A DNA stretch of 64,000 bases from a virus. Lineage: Duplodnaviria; Heunggongvirae; Uroviricota; Caudoviricetes. Position numbers and translations under genes: made by a program. Below, one piece after another: positions 29,655-38,999 of the stretch. Where the stretch lies: IMG/VR virus record IMGVR_UViG_2937142334_000003. One strand, given 5' to 3'. The notes under the pieces are model-generated. The model was not told the origin of the DNA. It searched no databases and saw only the letters and a program-made list of their open reading frames with translations. Numbering within the stretch: the first letter of the stretch is position 1; each line of letters opens with the position of its first letter.

Positions 29655-30999
29655 AAATGGTAGAACATTTGGGCGTATCTATTAAATCTTTGAAAGGTGG
29701 TGAGATAAATGATCCGAACAGAAAAAGTTAGGTTGTATCCCAATACGACAATGAAACAAGCCATAGATGCCTTGTGTGACTATCGACGTTATTGCTGGAA
29801 CGAAGGCTTGGCGTTGTGGAATGATATGTATGAAGAGTCTAAGTTGATGGACAATAAGAAGTTACGACCAAATGAGTACAAGGTCCGTAATGAACTTGTT
29901 GCTAATAAACAAGATTGGCAATATCTATATTCGTCTCGTTGCCTACAATTAGCGATTTCTGATCTTGGAAAGGCTTGGGAAAACTTTTTCGACAAAGCCC
30001 AACCAGATTGGAGTATGCCAAAATTTAAGTCTAAGAAGACTCCAAGACAAGGTTTTAAGACTGACCGAGCCAAGATTGTTAATGGTAAACTCCGATTAGA
30101 TAAGCCAAGAGGGGTTAGTGGCTGGACAGATATTAGGATCTCGGGCGCTAAGCCCCTAGATGGCGAATTAAAAGTCATATCGATCTATCGTGAGAATGGC
30201 AAATACTGGGCGTCATTACCTTTTGAAACATCGGTTGATACAAAGTCTAAAACAGGTCAAAGTACAGCTATCGATGTTAACGTGGGCCACTTTAACTATC
30301 CCGATGGTCAGATTAATGTTTTGCCAGTAAAATTACAAAAGCTCTACAAGCGGATCAAGCATTACCAACGCCAATTGGCCCGTAAAAGGATTACGAATGG
30401 CAAAATGGCAACGCAAAGCAATAATTACATGAAAACGAGAGCCAAGTTGCAGCGCGATTATCGCAAGGTTGTCAACATTCAATCCGATCTTTTACAAAAG
30501 TTCACGACTAAGTTAGTCACCAATTACGACCAGATCGTTATCGAAGATCTTGCCGTCAAGAAAATGATGATGGATCACGTAGCATCGAAGGGTATGCAGC
30601 GGTCGTTGTTTAGCAAGTTTCGTCAAATTCTAACCTATAAGTGTGATTGGTACGGTAAGAAACTAATTCTGGCAAATAGATGTTATCCAAGTACACAGCG
30701 CTGTTCGCAATGTGGACATCTCAAGACTGGCGTGGACAAGATTACTCTAGCCGGCAACCAAAAACATCGTACTAAACACAATGAGTATATCTGTTACGAA
30801 TGTGGTTTGGTTATGGATAGAGATGAAAATGCCGTCATGAACTTATTACGGTTGGCGGCGGCGTAAAAAGAAAAATGCTTTTGGGGTGGGCTACACCCTT
30901 AGGCCATCAGAGTTGGTCAATGTCATTACCCTCTTGTTGGGCTATGGGAATACCGATGTTGACGGTGGTAAATAAAATTAAGAAAGGAAAAGCTATATA
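29655..30999 (+). mobile_element. IS607-family tnpB-only element, copy B
   Basis: Same left-end and right-end motifs as copy A. A ~90-bp stretch (29910..29990) is identical to 21551..21630. Confidence 0.6.
29709..30866 (+). CDS. tnpB: IS607-family TnpB
   Basis: Homolog of 21339..22499. Confidence 0.85.
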   Translation: MIRTEKVRLYPNTTMKQAIDALCDYRRYCWNEGLALWNDMYEESKLMDNKKLRPNEYKVRNELVANKQDWQYLYSSRCLQLAISDLGKAWENFFDKAQPDWSMPKFKSKKTPRQGFKTDRAKIVNGKLRLDKPRGVSGWTDIRISGAKPLDGELKVISIYRENGKYWASLPFETSVDTKSKTGQSTAIDVNVGHFNYPDGQINVLPVKLQKLYKRIKHYQRQLARKRITNGKMATQSNNYMKTRAKLQRDYRKVVNIQSDLLQKFTTKLVTNYDQIVIEDLAVKKMMMDHVASKGMQRSLFSKFRQILTYKCDWYGKKLILANRCYPSTQRCSQCGHLKTGVDKITLAGNQKHRTKHNEYICYECGLVMDRDENAVMNLLRLAAA

Positions 31000-31064
31000 C
31001 TTTCTAATTAGGTAGAAAATTACATTATTCTACTTAATTCCATATTTTATATAGCAGAAGCAAT

Positions 31065-31406
31065 ATGATGAAAAAGTATAACGGCGAATCTATGCGTGTT
31101 ATTCGTGCTTATAAAGTTGATAATACTCAATATGTAGATTTGCGTAATCAAGCTGGAAAAGACTTTGAGAGTATTCCAGTTGAGGATTTAGGTAAGAAGA
31201 AAGCAATAAAAAAGAAAGCTGTAGTTGAAAAAAGAGTTCCTAGAATTCGTTTTTCAAAGGGCAATGAGGAATATATCTTTTGGTTAGACTCTAACGAATA
31301 CGAAAAGTTTGTTGCCGATAATAAATTAAATAAAGCAATGATTCAAAATTGTCTTGAAGGCGTAGTAAAAACACATAAAGGATACAAGATAAGTGAAGTT
31401 AAATAG
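31065..31406 (+). CDS. hypothetical protein
   Basis: ORF track. Confidence 0.45.
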   Translation: MMKKYNGESMRVIRAYKVDNTQYVDLRNQAGKDFESIPVEDLGKKKAIKKKAVVEKRVPRIRFSKGNEEYIFWLDSNEYEKFVADNKLNKAMIQNCLEGVVKTHKGYKISEVK

Positions 31407-31614
31407 AGAACCTATGTATTTTTACTATAAAGGAATTCAAATTATTCCTACTAATCAGTGGGAAGTAGATGGTGATAGTGGGACAGTTCAGTTTATTGAT
31501 GCAATTAATGTTAGAACAGGGCGTGAAATGACTGGATTGCCTGCAAAGAAAATTGTTGTAAGTAAAATTCATGTATTACCAAACAAGGAGGAAGTAAATG
31601 GAAAAATCAGTTAA
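31393..31614 (+). CDS. hypothetical protein
   Basis: ORF track. Confidence 0.4.
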   Translation: MKLNREPMYFYYKGIQIIPTNQWEVDGDSGTVQFIDAINVRTGREMTGLPAKKIVVSKIHVLPNKEEVNGKIS

Positions 31615-32407
31615 ATGGTCTATTGGAGTAGTTATTGTATTATTGGGTGTCACTATTGGGGGCTTCCGATTCTTTGAGAAGATTGATAATGGTAACGTTG
31701 GTATTCGTTATTCGATGTCGGGAGGGGTTCGTGACGAAAGTTTAGGCCAGGGAGTACGATTCGTTGGGTTAGATAAAGTTACTCAGTATCCTATTCGCAG
31801 TCAAACTGTTAAACAAAAGGTTGGGTCTGCTACTAAAGATGGGAAGAAGACTACTGTTAATATTACTTATGCTTACCATGTAGATCCAACTAAAGCCACT
31901 AAGGTATATAAGAAATTTGGATCAGCAGATATTAAGTCAATTGAAAATGGTTGGCTTAATCAAAAGCTTCAAAAAGCTAGTCGTGATGAATTATCTAAGT
32001 ATAGCTTGCTTGATGTAATGGGTGCTGGCTCTGCTAAGGTCCAAGGCGCCATTTTGAAGGACTTCCAAAAGTCAGTTGAAGACCAAGGATTCATTGTTGA
32101 AGATTTAAGTTTCGGCGTTCCTGATGTTGATGCTCAAACTCAAAAATCAATTGATGATTTAATTAAGGCCAGTCAAGATAACGAACGGGCTAAGTTAGAA
32201 GCGAAGACTAAGAAGACCGAGGCCGAAGCTGATGCAAATGCAAAGATTGCACGTGCAGAAGGGGAAGCTAAGGCAAATAAGAAGATTTCTGATTCAATCA
32301 CTGATAAGAATATTCAATACATGGAAGCACAAGCACACCTTAAGCATGGTTTCGTTACTGTTCAAGGTGCAAATGGTGTGATTGTAGATCAAGCAGGTAA
32401 CAAGTAA
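31598..32407 (+). CDS. SPFH/band-7 (prohibitin/HflC-like) membrane protein
   Basis: N-terminal TM, GIRYSMSGGV...QTV core, C-terminal coiled coil KLEAKTKKTEAEADANAKIARAEGEAKA. Confidence 0.6.
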   Translation: MEKSVKWSIGVVIVLLGVTIGGFRFFEKIDNGNVGIRYSMSGGVRDESLGQGVRFVGLDKVTQYPIRSQTVKQKVGSATKDGKKTTVNITYAYHVDPTKATKVYKKFGSADIKSIENGWLNQKLQKASRDELSKYSLLDVMGAGSAKVQGAILKDFQKSVEDQGFIVEDLSFGVPDVDAQTQKSIDDLIKASQDNERAKLEAKTKKTEAEADANAKIARAEGEAKANKKISDSITDKNIQYMEAQAHLKHGFVTVQGANGVIVDQAGNK

Positions 32408-32566
32408 TGGGATATTTCATTGTTAAGTCATTAATGCTACTAGTTGTTATTGGCGTTTTAATATTTGGAAATTTGTATTTAATAGACAACAAGAAGAGTG
32501 AAAGCTCGGATAAGCAGCCCAAATAGGGTAAAAGCTACTAAACAAGAAAGAGGGAATTATATAAAT

Positions 32567-33337
32567 ATGGGAACTAGTGTAGAAAAGATTGCGTGGTATA
32601 GCGTATTCAAGCCAAGTTGGTATGTTGAACAGATGAAGGGCTGGACAACTCGTAGCTATTGTTTGTTACTTATTGGAATTGGGTTGATTGTAGGTATGAC
32701 AGTTGGTGGCGGGATATTTAATCCTGTTACAATGACAACAATGCTTGCGGGGGTACTAGGATTCACATGCACCTTGTCAATTTCTAATTCAAAGCCACTA
32801 AATGGAATTCTAGGTCTAATAAGTGCCTTGATTTATATCTTTGTAGCGATTAATGCAAAAAATTATAATGATGTATTATTACAAACAATTTATATCTTAG
32901 CACTAGATTTACCGGTATTACTTTCTCCAAGCTGGGCTAAAGATGTTGATAAGAAAGTGCGTTTCCTCGGAGAACAAGGACATGGTTTACGCAATTGGAC
33001 TCTAACTGTTCTATTGTTTGTTGTTTTAACGCTTGTGTTGTACTATTCAGATACGCATTGGTTTATCAGTCCTCGCCCATGGGTTGATAGTATCGCTGCT
33101 TCAGTGGGAATTACAGGAGCCGTGCTAACTACATTCCGCTTTAGCGAAAGCTATTTCTGCTGGTTGGCGCAAGGATTACTTTCAGTAACATTATGGGGAA
33201 TCACAGCGGTACAAGGAGATGCTAATTTTGTACTTTTTGTTACGTACCTATTGTACTTATCAAATGACTTTTTAGCATTTTTTGATAAAGATATTGCGTG
33301 GTTCCATCACGAAAAACACCAACTAACAACTAAATAG
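32567..33337 (+). CDS. pnuC: PnuC-family nicotinamide riboside transporter, putative
   Basis: Multi-TM protein. GFTCTLSISNSKPLNGILGLISALIYIFVAINAKNYNDVLLQ resembles the PnuC core. Start at the ATG after agagggaatt. Confidence 0.5.
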   Translation: MGTSVEKIAWYSVFKPSWYVEQMKGWTTRSYCLLLIGIGLIVGMTVGGGIFNPVTMTTMLAGVLGFTCTLSISNSKPLNGILGLISALIYIFVAINAKNYNDVLLQTIYILALDLPVLLSPSWAKDVDKKVRFLGEQGHGLRNWTLTVLLFVVLTLVLYYSDTHWFISPRPWVDSIAASVGITGAVLTTFRFSESYFCWLAQGLLSVTLWGITAVQGDANFVLFVTYLLYLSNDFLAFFDKDIAWFHHEKHQLTTK

Positions 33338-33679
33338 ACAGAAAAACCGCCTAGTCCCGAAAAACTAGACGGTAGATAAAAACACTAACTCATGCTATAA
33401 TATAACCGTATCAAAGAATTATATTACTTTAATAGTTGGGTTGATAAGTTAGCTGGCAAGTGTTCCTATTCTGGTGTATTGCCGTACACCACCAACCAAA
33501 CACTCGACAAAAAGGCTTGCGACTTAATCACACCCTTTAAACGGTTTTGGTGTATTGGGTCTCGACCAATGCACTTTTTAATTATAACAGATAAAATGGC
33601 TATTCTGACAAAAGAGTTAGGATGGTCATTTTTGTTTAAGGAGCGATAATATGACAAGATATATTAAGTGGGTGAACTA

Positions 33680-33943
33680 ATGATTAAGGTAAAAATTTAT
33701 ACAAAAGAGCATTGTCCTGCTTGTATGATGACTAAGAAGTTGTTTAATAAGCTGGACGTAGATTATAAAGAGGTAACAGTTCTTCAAGATAGTCCAATGT
33801 TAGAAGTTTTACGTGAACAGGGGTGGCACAGTTTTCCCGTAGTAGAATGGCTGGACGAAGAAGGCGTAGGAGACGCTTGGTCAGGATTTAACCCAGATAA
33901 TATTAAGGAGGTAGCTAGTTATTATGGACAAAGCATTGATTAA
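33680..33943 (+). CDS. NrdH/glutaredoxin-like redoxin
   Basis: MIKVKIYTKEHCPACMMTKKLF has a CPAC active-site motif. Confidence 0.6.
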   Translation: MIKVKIYTKEHCPACMMTKKLFNKLDVDYKEVTVLQDSPMLEVLREQGWHSFPVVEWLDEEGVGDAWSGFNPDNIKEVASYYGQSID

Positions 33944-34166
33944 ATTGTTTGAAAAAGAAATGTTTAACAAAGAGAATAGTGAAGATGGGTTTCGTAACTT
34001 CGTTCTTGATTACTATAAGAAACATTCGAAAGATACGTTTGAATATCCTAAGGATCGTTACGAACTTTTAACAAAGGGCGATCCTAAAGCGCAATGGACT
34101 ATGGAAGATATTGTTGTATATTACCTCTCTAATAGCGATCAAAAAGGTAAAGTAACTTTTATTTAA
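33924..34166 (+). CDS. hypothetical protein
   Basis: ORF track. Confidence 0.45.
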   Translation: MDKALIKLFEKEMFNKENSEDGFRNFVLDYYKKHSKDTFEYPKDRYELLTKGDPKAQWTMEDIVVYYLSNSDQKGKVTFI

Positions 34167-34207
34167 ACACAACAAAAATATTTTATATTAAATTATAGGT
34201 AAATCAA

Positions 34208-34236
34208 TTGACAAATATTTTTGTTTGGGTTATTAT
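34208..34236 (+). promoter_or_regulatory. sigma70-like promoter TTGACA - 17 - TATTAT reading into the tRNA region
   Basis: Hexamers at 34208..34213 and 34231..34236. Preceded by the conserved CACAACAAAAATA motif. Confidence 0.55.
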
Positions 34237-34331
34237 AGATATCGTTGATGAGGAGCAACGCAGTTGCGACCCGTTAATAAATCACACAGATCAAATGATC
34301 AATTCAACATTTCAGGATTATTCCTGATTAT

Positions 34332-34404
34332 GGGCTTATAGTTTAACTGGAGAGAACAGTAATCTTCTAAATTACCAACCTTGGTTCGAGTCCAAGTGAG
34401 CCCA
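34332..34404 (+). tRNA. tRNA-Arg (anticodon TCT)
   Basis: Manual cloverleaf: acceptor gggctta/tgagccc, D-arm gttt/gaac, anticodon stem gtaat/attac with loop cttctaa, T-arm cttgg-ttcgagt-ccaag. 73 nt. Confidence 0.8.
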
Positions 34405-34432
34405 TCAACTCTTATGAAAGGGAGGCGGATAC

Positions 34433-35125
34433 ATGTTTGTCCCTGTTAGCGATTATGAGGGATTATATAAGATTAACGAAATTGGAGAAGTTAGATCTGT
34501 GCATAGAATATATAAAGATTCTATCGGCAGAGCAAGAACGGTCAATGAACACGTCGTTAAACCTTGCGTCAATAAATCTGGATATAAAACGCTTGGACTA
34601 TATAAGGATGGAAAAAGAACTACAGAATATGTTCATAAGTTGGTATATGCCTCTTTTAATCATTTAACTCATGAAGAAATAGGTGAAATTGATATCGATC
34701 ATATCGATGGAAATAAACTAAATTGTCATTTAGATAATTTGGAAGCTGTTTCTCACAAAGAGAATATTCATAGAAAAATATGCCGAAAAAATGGACTAAC
34801 AATTCAAAAAGGTAATTCTTATGCCGAAAATTTTCATTATTTTGGACAACAAAATAAATTCTTTAAAATAAGATGTAGAATTTGCGGTAAGCCATTGTTA
34901 AAAAGTGAAAGCGGACTTTGTAGAATTTGTTATGATTCTTACGTAAGGAGCAGCAAAAAGCCTAATAAGCAACAGTTTCTCATTCATCTTCGTAAAACAC
35001 TGGATATTCACGACCTGAGTAAAATATATGACGTAGAAGAGCACAGTGTTAGAAGATGGTTAAGAGAATACGGCATACCAAGCCTCACTGAGCTCAAAAA
35101 GAATCCTGAATTAATTGAAGCGTAA
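34433..35125 (+). CDS. HNH homing endonuclease with NUMOD4-like N-terminus
   Basis: GLYKINEIGEVRSV and IDHIDGNKLNCHLDNLEAVSHKEN. Confidence 0.75.
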   Translation: MFVPVSDYEGLYKINEIGEVRSVHRIYKDSIGRARTVNEHVVKPCVNKSGYKTLGLYKDGKRTTEYVHKLVYASFNHLTHEEIGEIDIDHIDGNKLNCHLDNLEAVSHKENIHRKICRKNGLTIQKGNSYAENFHYFGQQNKFFKIRCRICGKPLLKSESGLCRICYDSYVRSSKKPNKQQFLIHLRKTLDIHDLSKIYDVEEHSVRRWLREYGIPSLTELKKNPELIEA

Positions 35126-35510
35126 ATTGCGAAGAGTGGAAAGGCAATACGTACATTTTGGAAGTACACACTCCCTATATATCTTTTAAATTCATAATAC
35201 AAACACACCTTTCTAATTTTTAATCATCCATGTTTGTCTTTTACAGAGGTTCGACTCCTCTGCTTCGCATAGGGCAGAAATGCCCGAAATTATTAAACAT
35301 TTGCGTGCTGTGTTTAATAATCAAAAATTGTTGATTCATAAATTTTCATTTCTTTTTATCTACTTTTGTCAGCACACTGCGGTTCGATTCCGTTTTGTGT
35401 TATTCCCAGCTAAGTGGTTGGGCTGGGGAACTCCTTTCATGGTTAAACACCTCCGAAATATGAAAGATTAGTTAGTCAGATAAGATATGTGTGGTCTTAT
35501 CTTGATATGG

Positions 35511-35580
35511 TTCGGTATAGCTCAGTTGGTAGAGCAACATTGTACGGTGTAGATATGTGGTTCGATTCCCATTGCCGAAA
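35511..35580 (+). pseudogene. tRNA-like element (degenerate): acceptor ttcggta/tgccgaa and consensus D-arm TAGCTCAGTTGGTAGAGC, but no foldable anticodon or T stem
   Basis: Manual folding fails for nt 27-65. Length 70 nt. Confidence 0.35.
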
Positions 35581-35735
35581 TTCCTAGTAATAGGTTGTTC
35601 CAAATGACGGAAAACGTTTGGAATGTAAAAACACCTAACGTATGTTCAATAGGTTATATTTTCCACATGCCTTTACCTTTACATTTTTCAATTCGATCTA
35701 ATAACGTGTTTGCGCTGGCATGGCACGTTATTAAT

Positions 35736-35818
35736 GCCTAGATAGCGAAGTCTGGTCAAACGCGACGGTCTCCAAAACCGTTCCTTCGGGTTCGGGGGTT
35801 CAAATCCCTCTCTAGGCA
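35736..35818 (+). tRNA. class-II-shaped tRNA (12-nt variable arm, A73) carrying anticodon CCA. Identity ambiguous: Leu/Tyr-like body with a Trp anticodon.
   Basis: Acceptor gcctaga/tctaggc, 3-bp D-stem with 13-nt loop, anticodon stem acggt/accgt with loop ctccaaa, variable arm tccttcgggttc, T-arm ggggg-ttcaaat-ccctc. 83 nt. Confidence 0.55.
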
Positions 35819-35843
35819 TTGATTAAGAAGGAAAGGAGTAAGA

Positions 35844-36419
35844 GTGCATATGCCACTTAATGATGACTTAATTAGAGATATCCTGAAAAATGTTGCTATA
35901 CATGGTGTAAAGGGGAATAACCTTACTAGCATCATAGCTGAACTTCCTGGATATTCAGAAAAGGCAATTTTGGAAACCCTTAACTGGATGGAAATAAATG
36001 ATTTCATTGGTAAAACACAATTAGAAAACTACATTCTATCTTATTATGGACGGTATGTGTTTGGAGTTATCGCCGATGATTCAGTTTGGGAATACGCAAA
36101 AAGCGAGTACACCAAACGAAATTGCAAAACATGGTCTTGGAGTTCTAAGGTTAGAATTGCCACTCAATACCTGAAAAAGTATGATCCTGAGGCTCCTGTA
36201 AAATTTGACTATTTGCCATATAAGAATGAGGAAAAAGGCACCTTATATTACTACAAAGATAAAGAGGGCAATAACATTCCTGCCTTTGGTGATTATAAGG
36301 GCGCATCGATTATGATTGACGACAAGAATGTTGATCGAGTTTTAGAGTTCTTTCCACAAGCTAAGAATAATTTATATGTGGTATATCAAGGTGTGGAATT
36401 TAAGATTAATAATGTCTAA
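35844..36419 (+). CDS. hypothetical protein
   Basis: ORF track. RBS ggaaaggag. Confidence 0.55.
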   Translation: MHMPLNDDLIRDILKNVAIHGVKGNNLTSIIAELPGYSEKAILETLNWMEINDFIGKTQLENYILSYYGRYVFGVIADDSVWEYAKSEYTKRNCKTWSWSSKVRIATQYLKKYDPEAPVKFDYLPYKNEEKGTLYYYKDKEGNNIPAFGDYKGASIMIDDKNVDRVLEFFPQAKNNLYVVYQGVEFKINNV

Positions 36420-36778
36420 CCATTTATAGCTACTGAGATTGCGGTAGATAAGATAGATTGAAGCGTGACTTTTGTAGCTGATAATAAAATTTTTTGAGTT
36501 TTCTTCCAAACTAGTGGATTCTTGATCTTATCAAGATAATCTTTGCCCGTATCTGTAATACTTCCTTCGGCAATCCACATTGGGGTTTTCCCAGCATAGT
36601 GAATCTTATTAGTAACGAGTTTCCCTTTATTCATAATCGCAATGGTATCTAACAATTCACGTCTGGATTTATTATGAAGGTCAGCAAACTTAAACAATTC
36701 CTTTTCATTGACACCAGCAAAGTCTGCTTCTTCATATAAAAATAGTAAATTTCGTACAAATTTTGGATCGAATTTCAT
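36416..36778 (-). CDS. hypothetical protein
   Basis: ORF track. Confidence 0.45.
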   Translation of the reverse strand: MKFDPKFVRNLLFLYEEADFAGVNEKELFKFADLHNKSRRELLDTIAIMNKGKLVTNKIHYAGKTPMWIAEGSITDTGKDYLDKIKNPLVWKKTQKILLSATKVTLQSILSTAISVAING

Positions 36779-36824
36779 GTCTACATCATTCCTTTCTTAT
36801 GATATTTTATCAAAGAAACAATTT

Positions 36825-36896
36825 ACACGAATAATTCAATTGGCAGAATGGTAGCCTCCAAAACTACTCATCTAGGTTCAAGTCCTAGTTCGTGTG
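36825..36896 (+). tRNA. tRNA-Trp (anticodon CCA)
   Basis: Acceptor acacgaa/ttcgtgt, D-arm attc/gaat, anticodon loop ctccaaa, T-arm ctagg-ttcaagt-cctag. 72 nt. Confidence 0.7.
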
Positions 36897-37391
36897 TCGG
36901 GCGATCTGGTAATCTACACCCTGAATAATATAAACGCAAGATTACAAGTCATGCTAGTTATTGGCGGAAGCCTTTGAAAAATAAAAAAGCAGTCTAGAAA
37001 AAGTTCTGACCACTAGTGGGAAGAATGACAGTTTATGCCTTCTGTTAGTAAAATGCTTATTTTATAAAGTTTTTGCGTCTTTAAATTGCTGTTGTAACAG
37101 CGATAAGATAATAAACTTATTTATATAATCTGATTACGGCTCACGTAGGGCTTCGAAATACAGCATAATTACCCACCTCGGTGTTCAAGAGAGCACGTGC
37201 TCAGAGAATGCAAAAGAAATAGGTATGACAGATAAGAAAGAGGCTGTCTTGTTAAAGATTAATCAGATTAACGTGGAGCTTGACTCCTTAATGGCTTGGG
37301 GCGAATTCGTCCTCGTGTTGATGTCTTTTGCTGACAAGTTTCAACCGTCACGTAAAAGCGGAAATGAAACGATACATGTATTATGTTTGGA

Positions 37392-37460
37392 AGCCTTGTC
37401 TGATGGTGCCAGGAAGATTGATTGGGTTCGATCCCCAACAAGGCTATTCTCCTTAATGCG
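37392..37460 (+). other. tRNA-like minihelix: 8-bp acceptor-type stem (agccttgt/acaaggct) plus T-arm gggttcgatcccc, without D or anticodon arms
   Basis: Seen in sequence. Lies in an ORF-poor 37.1-37.7 kb block. ORFs 37225..37524 and 37268..37477 judged spurious. Confidence 0.3.
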
Positions 37461-37973
37461 CAAGGAGAACCCACCAAGTGAATGTGGATATATGCCTAAA
37501 TCATGGCGCTTCGCTCATCTATAAATGAGTGTTGTATTTGGTAGCCCTAATCAAGCTATTAAAAAACCAAGCGGCTCGCGTCATGGCTAACCCCGCGAAA
37601 GTAGAATGAGTGACCATGGCCACGAAAGCCTAAAGGCATTTCTACAAAGTGGGTTGGTGGTAGTCCCACTAATTATTTACGAGGGCAGAATTGCTAAGTC
37701 AATGTCCATCAAAAAGATATAAGCTCTAAGAGTAATCAGACTGATACTTAGCACAGTCAGCAAGCTCTTAACTTATCAGTTCACCATCTAACGTTTCTGG
37801 GTGAATATAAACTTATTGTAGTGAATCTAAAAGTTATATTTGACTGGTATAACATAGTGAGATACGAGACTAATCTTGGTTCGATTCCAAGTGTTTGTGT
37901 CCTATTAGTCAGTGGGAATAATGGGAAGTGAGTCTGGTTAATGTTGGTGCAAATCCAACCCAATAAGTATTAT

Positions 37974-38064
37974 TGCGAAGTAGCTTCAAAACAGGGAAAG
38001 CGTTGGGAATGCGCATGAGAAAAACAAGACCCAGAGATCGCAGGTTCGAATCCTGTCTTCGCAG
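37974..38064 (+). pseudogene. tRNA-like element with ~20-nt expansion in the anticodon region (acceptor tgcgaag/cttcgca, good D and T arms)
   Basis: 91 nt. Stem ttggg/cccag encloses a 22-nt loop containing the palindrome atgcgcat. Confidence 0.4.
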
Positions 38065-38211
38065 TTATAGTAGCAAGCGTCAACGCTTTGAATGTAGTGG
38101 TTGGTATGTAAAGGAGAGCAACGTACTTAAATGTGCGTCTCAGCGATAGGATTAATCAACTATCCTTGTTACTTTGAGAATATGAAGTGATTAATCGTGT
38201 TCTCTAAATTT

Positions 38212-38285
38212 TGCGAATTAGCTCAGTTGGTTAGAGCAGAGGTCTGTTAAACCTTGTGTCATCGGTTCGAATCCGATATTCGCAG
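38212..38285 (+). tRNA. tRNA-Asn (anticodon GTT)
   Basis: Acceptor tgcgaat/attcgca, D-arm gctc/gagc, anticodon loop ctgttaa, T-arm atcgg-ttcgaat-ccgat. 74 nt. Confidence 0.85.
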
Positions 38286-38595
38286 TTGACTTGATAAATT
38301 ATCCCTTCGCGGTGGCAAGGTTAGTGTCTCCACCTAAGTTTGCCGAGAATGGGCTGTTTACAGCGCACGAAGTGGAGTCAGTGCCATTCGGTAATTTGTT
38401 AAGTTTTGGTTCTAGTGTGCCGTCGCTAGAATTGTATTTCACTTAACGGAGCGGAGAGTAAATCCAGTGTGTCCTTGGGAACATAGACTGTAAAACTGGT
38501 GTCTCGAAGTCAACACGAGGGTAGGATGCCTAGTATTGTTGGCATGTGATAGCAGCGGGGTGTAGCTGCGAATATAAATAAATCACCTCCCTAAT

Positions 38596-38667
38596 GCGGT
38601 TATAGTTTAACTGGTAAAACCACAGCCTTCCAAGCTGTTGTCGCGAGTTCGAGTCTCGTTAACCGCT
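38596..38667 (+). tRNA. tRNA-Gly (anticodon TCC)
   Basis: Acceptor gcggtta/taaccgc, anticodon stem acagc/gctgt with loop cttccaa. 72 nt. Confidence 0.85.
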
Positions 38668-38924
38668 TCAGGTTCTCTTAAATGTTCTCCTTAAACACAA
38701 GAAAAGAGCAGATTAATTAACTAAAAAGCTACCCCCTAGCTTGAGGCTTGCGCGACTGATACTAGCAAAGAGACAGCCTCGCCTGAGTGGAAAAAGTTAA
38801 GGAAGTTGTATCAGAACACCCTTAATACCAATGATGTTAGTTGCCGAAAGCATAGTTGCAAATATGTGATTGGATTAAATGCTCATAGTTAGTTTGGTTC
38901 GATGTTTGAGAACTAACATTTTAT

Positions 38925-38999
38925 ACTCCAATAGCTCAGCCTGGTCAGAGCGCACAACTTATAATTGTGATGTCGATGGTTCAAGTCCATCTTGGAGTA
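38925..38999 (+). tRNA. tRNA-Ile (anticodon TAT, reads AUA)
   Basis: Acceptor actccaa/ttggagt, D-arm gctc/gagc, anticodon stem cacaa/ttgtg with loop cttataa, T-arm gatgg-ttcaagt-ccatc. 75 nt. ORF 38879..39193 spurious. Confidence 0.8.

Noticed and set aside
37140-37560. Possible tmRNA or group I intron (tRNA-like acceptor/T-arm pair, AAGATATA-like motif at 37705)
   Set aside because: No tmRNA 5' GGGG...TTCGAC or 3' CCACCA ends, no tag ORF. Group I P7/R/S elements not convincingly present. Left as unclassified structured region.
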